Assembly (NCBI RefSeq): GCF_963506605.1
Contig: NC_083288.1
Location: forward strand, 44,826,001 to 44,890,000
Length of the DNA stretch: 64,000 nucleotides
Direction of reading: 5' to 3'
Source of the DNA: Zootoca vivipara
Taxonomy: Eukaryota
The notes below the pieces were generated by a model, which had not been told where the DNA came from, did no database searches, and saw nothing but the letters and a program-made list of their open reading frames with translations. Position numbers and translations under genes: made by a program. How positions within the stretch are numbered: position 1 is the stretch's first letter; each line of letters starts with the position of its first letter. Below are positions 59,601-64,000 of the stretch, piece after piece.

Positions 59601-60706
59601 AGCTGCAGAAAGGACTTTATGGTTTGAAGCAAGCAGCGAGGGCTTGGAACCAGAAACTCCATGAGATGCTGGTGCAGCTTGGGTACAAGCAAGGGACTGC
59701 TGATAAGTGCTTGTACACCAAACAAAGGAATGGACAGTTTTCGTACATTTTAGCCTTTGTTGACGACCTTTTAATTTCTACGTCAAATGAGAAAGACTAT
59801 AAAGACATAGTCAAACACCTCAACAGGGAAGTAGAGGTCAAGGAACTTGGAAAAGTGAAATACTACTTGGGAATTCAAGTTGAGAGAGAAGAGGATGGAT
59901 CGTTCTTACTCAGCCAAAGGCAAAAGATAACTGAACTGATTGAAAGCATGCAGATGCAGGACGCACACCCAGTTGCGACACCGATGGCCACAGACTTCTT
60001 GAAGAATCAACAAGGTTCGAAGTTGCTGCCAAACAACACGCAATACAGGTCAGCGGTCGGCAAACTTTTGTATTTGGTTACCACATGCAGACCTGACCTG
60101 GCAAGTGCAGTGGGGATCCTAAGTAGGAAAGTAAGTTGTCCCACTGAGCATGATTGGGCTGGAGTTAAGAGGGTTGTTCGTTATCTAAAGGGAACCATGG
60201 ACTGTAAATTAAAACTGCCAGCTGTCAGAGACCCTAAACTGCTTGGGTACACTGATGCGGATTGGGCTGGGGACAATAAGGATTATAAATCCACAAGTGG
60301 CTATGTTTTTATGTATGGGGACGGAGCTATTGCATGGGGCAGCTATAAACAGAAATGTGTAGCTTTATCGTCCACAGAATCTGAGTACATTGCGGCTTCG
60401 GAAGCTTGCAGAGAGATCCCCTGGCTGGATCAGCTCCTGAAGGACTTTGGCGTGCCAAGAACGGGACCTGTCAGCTTGATGGAGGACAATCAGAGCAGTA
60501 TGAAGCTGACACAAAGTGAAAAGTTCCTTGCACGCACCAAACACATTGGGGTCAGGTACCACTACATACGCCAGGTGATCGAGGATGGACTTGTTGAAAT
60601 GTGTTACTGCAACACTGACCAGATGACTGCAGATGTCCTAACAAAGCCCCTGCCAAGAGAGAAGTTCCAGGATCTTCGTGGCAAGCTGGGACTCTTGGGT
60701 GGTTGA
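56681..60706 (+). CDS. gag-pol: Copia Gag-Pol polyprotein, 1341 aa
   Basis: CFKCNGKNHIARNC, WILDSG, WHKRLGH...CITC, HTDLCGP, SDNGGEF, YKARLVAQGF, FVDDLL, YTDADWAG; order PR-IN-RT-RH. Confidence 0.97.
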   Translation: MASSSFDSEARPSFMLLDDNNFVQWKQRVLVYLAARRVLQAIKEEKPTGTDAEALAKIEAWSIKNDEAKHIILSSLRNEHLSMINFEDDASKILEDIERIYAQSTESSYRYLLDKLLKLKMNSREEFTEHFKNFSEIVQRIALTPRAFDDVTKVTFMLASLGPTFAPFKSIMDHTKDLTFNELINHLREECRDSLDSQERNPRRKDSSYASKHFGKSRQTSREIICFKCNGKNHIARNCKSQNGDKVESHPSKPQGVKKGSHEQTMLMQERSLAVQDCENKRNKWILDSGVSSHFCYEKEYFNEINGDETSEIEIADGNIVKAIGSGTVNLKFNVDHETINTKITEVKFAPKLNCNLLSVSSLDRKGFKITFEKGQCIVTKHDEVYVQGTLKDGVYELNVSENQQNQSAKVAQPSQKDEGSLELWHKRLGHRDTNVILELQKGDLVRGLQVKQSNTNTPTSKCITCVSEKATKPSFPRCAEKRSTKVLDIVHTDLCGPMNVSSLGGNKYILIFLDDFSRFCVAYFIKEKSETVELFRDYLNMVKNKFQRAPSILMSDNGGEFCSHEMQAVMAREGISHVTTVAYTPQQNSIAERKFRSILEMTRCMLKEANLSHRLWGEAARCSVYLQNRLPTKGAERTPFELWHGKAPNLSHIRVFGSLCYYHVPKEHRHKLDSRAKAGILVGYASGGKGYRVLDPQTGKTSSQHVIYFDEQGKVDTKDTAIDCSKEPQDEEFVIFPFEPIQSTNPTSSVVAPPIGDTREDVEVQAPGSTRDEDDDEQLYGDMPLLEEDEEADAVERPEVRRSSRTNRGVPPLRLSYLTRSASPQEPSKWEEIERMPPDEASLWRKAAQEEIDALHRNRTWTLTELPPGKEAIGSKWVFKVKKGSEGEVQRYKARLVAQGFSQKYGEDYDQVFAPTVRYSSVRLLLSIAASKQMSVYHIDIATAFLHGEISEQIYMKQPKGFIKPNEAHLVCKLQKGLYGLKQAARAWNQKLHEMLVQLGYKQGTADKCLYTKQRNGQFSYILAFVDDLLISTSNEKDYKDIVKHLNREVEVKELGKVKYYLGIQVEREEDGSFLLSQRQKITELIESMQMQDAHPVATPMATDFLKNQQGSKLLPNNTQYRSAVGKLLYLVTTCRPDLASAVGILSRKVSCPTEHDWAGVKRVVRYLKGTMDCKLKLPAVRDPKLLGYTDADWAGDNKDYKSTSGYVFMYGDGAIAWGSYKQKCVALSSTESEYIAASEACREIPWLDQLLKDFGVPRTGPVSLMEDNQSSMKLTQSEKFLARTKHIGVRYHYIRQVIEDGLVEMCYCNTDQMTADVLTKPLPREKFQDLRGKLGLLGG

Positions 60707-60761
60707 TTAAAGTTATTTATGTATGTTTTTGTGTATGTTGTGAATTGCCTGAGAAGGGGTT

Positions 60762-61355
60762 TGTGGGATGCAAAGGGTTAAGTGCAGTCAAGTCACAACA
60801 ATCCCTAGATAGTCCACTTGGAGGACTGAGGAGGAGGATATGACTAAGCGTAGTTTCCTCTTCCTTCACATGCAAATGAGTTGAGGAAGTGGCAGATAAA
60901 TCCTGAAGGAAACAGCCATTTTCCCTCTCTTGGACCAGACCTCTTGGACTACACACATCTTAGTGAGTCTCTCCCTCAAGGCCTCCAGCCTAGAGAGAGA
61001 GATGAGATGGAGTCTCACTTCTTATAAGTGAACTTCACAATGTATATATTACCTTTTAACTAAGCAAGTCTACCTCTTGAGTGTGCTGTACCTCGAGATG
61101 CTTGTAAGTAAACATCTTTTATACTTTTAAGAGCATTGTGTTGTGTCTTTTCTTTTAAGAGGGAAAAAGGGGAAATACCAGGAAAATACACTTTATTTTA
61201 GTGGCTTAAATCAAGCCTGCGCAAACGTTCTTCTGCTGTGTATTTTGCAAAAAGGGGAATGTTTTACTCTGCTAAAGTTTTGTGCTTGCTAGCGCAAGCG
61301 GGGATAGGATATATTAAACAATATCTCCTCATCCACATTCCTGAACATTCCCACA
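60762..61355 (+). repeat. Copia 3' LTR
   Basis: Copy of the 5' LTR. Confidence 0.96.
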
Positions 61356-63292
61356 AATCAGATGATGGTGTTGATAGATATTGGCAGTGTGGCAATGTCT
61401 TGCTTCCTGCTTATCTTGACCTCCTATGTCTATATCATCTCAGCTATTCTGAGGATCAGCAGCAGGGAAGGGCGTCGCCGGGCCTTCTCAACCTGCACAG
61501 CCCATCTTACTGTGGTGGGAATATATTACCTACCTGTGGTTTATCACTACCTGAGGCCAGCGTCTCAGGACTCCATGGATCCTGTGGTTTGTGTGTTCTA
61601 CACCACAATAACACCATTTCTGAACCCGCTCATATACACACTTAGAAATAAGGAAATGAAGGCTGCTCTGGTGAAAAGGTGGGGTGGGAATGTCGTGTAA
61701 AGAAAACCCATGTTTGCAGTGCTGTTTTCTGTTCCTTTTGACACATCAAGTCCTGTGTTAGAAACTGAGATATGAAAGCTAGGAGCTAAATGTCACCCTA
61801 AACCTAGGTTATGGGTGGAACAACGGAATGTCTAGGCGTACTTTTTTTATAACAAGAATACAAAGTTGAAAATGAATGAACTGCAGCTAAAAAATTATGT
61901 TCATTTTTCTCATAGCCTAGTCCTTCCCCTGCCCACCACCCTAATATTCTTAAGAGGGTCCCTTCTCCAGTCTTCAGAGAGTGGCTGGAAGTGGGGAGGC
62001 AGAAAAAGGTCCTCCTTTCCTTCCACTCTGCAGCTTTAATCTGAAATCTTAGGTGCTGTAAAGCGCCCAGAGCTTGGAAACTGCTCACACTAATGAAATT
62101 CCTTGTTGCAAAATGTGCCTAGAACAATGCGAGTCTCGAACCCTGATCAAGTCTGATTGACTTCACCATGTGGGAGTGATCAATGCTTCACTGGAGGAGG
62201 CAGGACTACCCACCTGCCTTGAAAGAGGCTGCGGTCCATCCCCTCCTTAAGAAGACCTCCCTGGACCCACAAGTGCTAAACAACTATTCCCCAGTGGCTC
62301 ATTTCCCCCTTTTAGGTAAGGAGCTATAGAGGGTTGCAGCAGTCCACCTTCAAGCATGCTTGGAGGAGATTGAATTTCTGAATACCTTTCAGCCTAGTTT
62401 AAGGCCCAGTCATGGCATTGAAACTGCTCTGGTCATTCTGGTTGATGGCATTTGGTGGGAGAGAGATGAAGGAAGTGTGACCCTGCTCATTCTTCTTGAT
62501 CTTTCACAGTTTTTATTTTTATTTCTTTAATGTCATTGGCAATTGTATCTTTCTGGAACAGCTCACAGAGGTGAATGTTGGGGGCATTTTAATTCATTTG
62601 ATCTGCTCCTACCTCCAGGACTGTTTCCAGAAAGTAGTTATGAAAGTGTTCGGGTTTTGCTAAATTGGTAGCATGAGAAACCATCAGATTCCTTCTTCAC
62701 ACAATTAACGCTGGGACAAGCAATTAACACTGGGCAGAAAGCCAAGGTCTGCCTCAGCCATAGCAACTGCTTTCTCATTGGTTGAAGATTAGCACTGAGT
62801 CCTGTTATCAGAGAAAGCTAGCACGGTATGTGGTGTGGTGAGTGCAGGAGGAGAAGTGCTGTAACAGTTGGTTGTGTGTGTGAGAGAGAGACAGAGAGGA
62901 AAGGATTTATTTTACTTTGCTTTTGAGTTCTAAAATTGTACATAGAAACTCTGGATTTCTTTTATTTAATAAATCCTGTAAATAGTTATTCTGCACCCAG
63001 ACGTCTAGTCATTACTACCACCAGAAGCCTCCGGATTGCGCAACACTCGCTACGTTCAGGCTGAAGTCACACCTGACACTTTAATATCATTTTTCAACAC
63101 CACCAGATGTTCCGTTTTGTCCCCTATGCTATTGAACATCTACATCAAGCTGCTGGGAGTTGTGATCAGGGGTTTTGGAGTGAAGCGCCATCAATACGTA
63201 GGTGACACTCAGTTCTTATCTCTCTTCTCCACCTGAATTTGGAGAGACAGCTGACTTGCTAGACAGGTGTTTGGAGGCAGTGATGGGCTGTA

Positions 63293-63524
63293 CAGGTGAA
63301 ACTCGGAAAATCTGAATATCGCCGAAAAGTGCATTTATTTCAGTAACGCAATTTAAAAGGTGAAACCAATATATGAGATAGATGCATGACATGCAAAGCA
63401 AGATATGTCAAGCCTTTATTTGTTGTAATTGTAATTATTTGTTGTTAGGCGGGTCAATTATGAATGGAATGTAATTAATGAAATGCACTTTTCGACGATA
63501 TTCTAATTTTCCGAGTTTCACCTG
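63293..63524. mobile_element. Tc1/mariner MITE nested in an L2 remnant
   Basis: TIRs caggtgaaactcggaaaa / ttttccgagtttcacctg; TA TSD. Confidence 0.85.
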
Positions 63525-64000
63525 TATTTGGGTCAACAAGTTGAAGCCTCTTCTGGGTAGAGTTACATTACCCTGAAAGTAGCCAATTCTTAGCTTGGGA
63601 ATATTCCTAGATCCAACATTGACATTTGGAGCTCAGGTAGTCTTGGTGACCAGGAGTGCCTCTATCCAGGTATTTCTGTTTCACCAGCTACAGCCCAATT
63701 TGGACAGAGATGACTTGGCTACAGTACTCCATACTCTGGTAATTTCCAGGTTGGATTATTATCTGGAACTGCCCTTGAAGATGACTCAGAATTGGTCCAA
63801 AATGCAGCTGCTATTGGCTGGGGTTACCTTTAGAACTCATATATCCCCTGTTCTAAAACAGCTTCATTGACTGTCAGTATGTTTATGGGTGCCCATGTTA
63901 GTGTTTAACAACCTAAATGACTTAGGCTCTAAATATGGAGCGTGCTCACTTTATCTGCACATACCCTACAGGTGGCGCTGTGGGTTAAACCACAGAGTCT

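Larger units (their letters stand above)
55814..61355 (+). mobile_element. Full-length intact Ty1/Copia LTR retrotransposon
   Basis: Two 594-bp LTRs (tgtggga...tcccaca) that read identical by eye, 5-bp TSD AATCA (55809-55813, 61356-61360), PPT gagaagggg, single ORF. Confidence 0.97.
55227..61700 (+). pseudogene. OR10G6-like olfactory receptor interrupted by a Copia insertion (55227-55813 plus 61361-61700)
   Basis: Removing 55814-61360 restores ACADTEFN-Q-MMVLIDIG and a stop-free 308-aa OR. Confidence 0.93.

Overview
Vertebrate genomic DNA from a squamate, probably a lacertid lizard (Sauria SINEs, Squam3-type SINE, Bov-B, CR1, Penelope and hAT/mariner MITEs). The window is an olfactory-receptor cluster with a complete T-cell-receptor alpha-type V gene embedded in it (leader exon, V exon, 23-RSS). 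It resembles the OR4E/TRAV1/OR10G edge of the mammalian TRA locus (mouse MOR28 cluster). There are seven OR loci: one OR4E1-like, plus three OR10D-like and three OR10G6-like that alternate. One OR10D-like gene is a pseudogene with a palindromic deletion scar. One OR10G6-like gene is split by a young full-length Copia element. Two OR10D-like genes have no in-frame ATG at the start of their main exon and appear to need an upstream coding exon. A second young, intact LTR element is a Sushi/Tf1-type chromovirus with a self-priming PBS and a PEG10-like -1 frameshift. The most novel signal is in its integrase tail: two tandem acidic 'VF-linker-FLGF' motifs. They are conserved at the protein level despite near-complete codon turnover and match the LEDGF-IBD/TFIIS-N-terminal-domain-binding motif of host proteins, suggesting a host-mimicking integration tether. 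Family assignments rest on my recall of mammalian sequences; no database searches were run.
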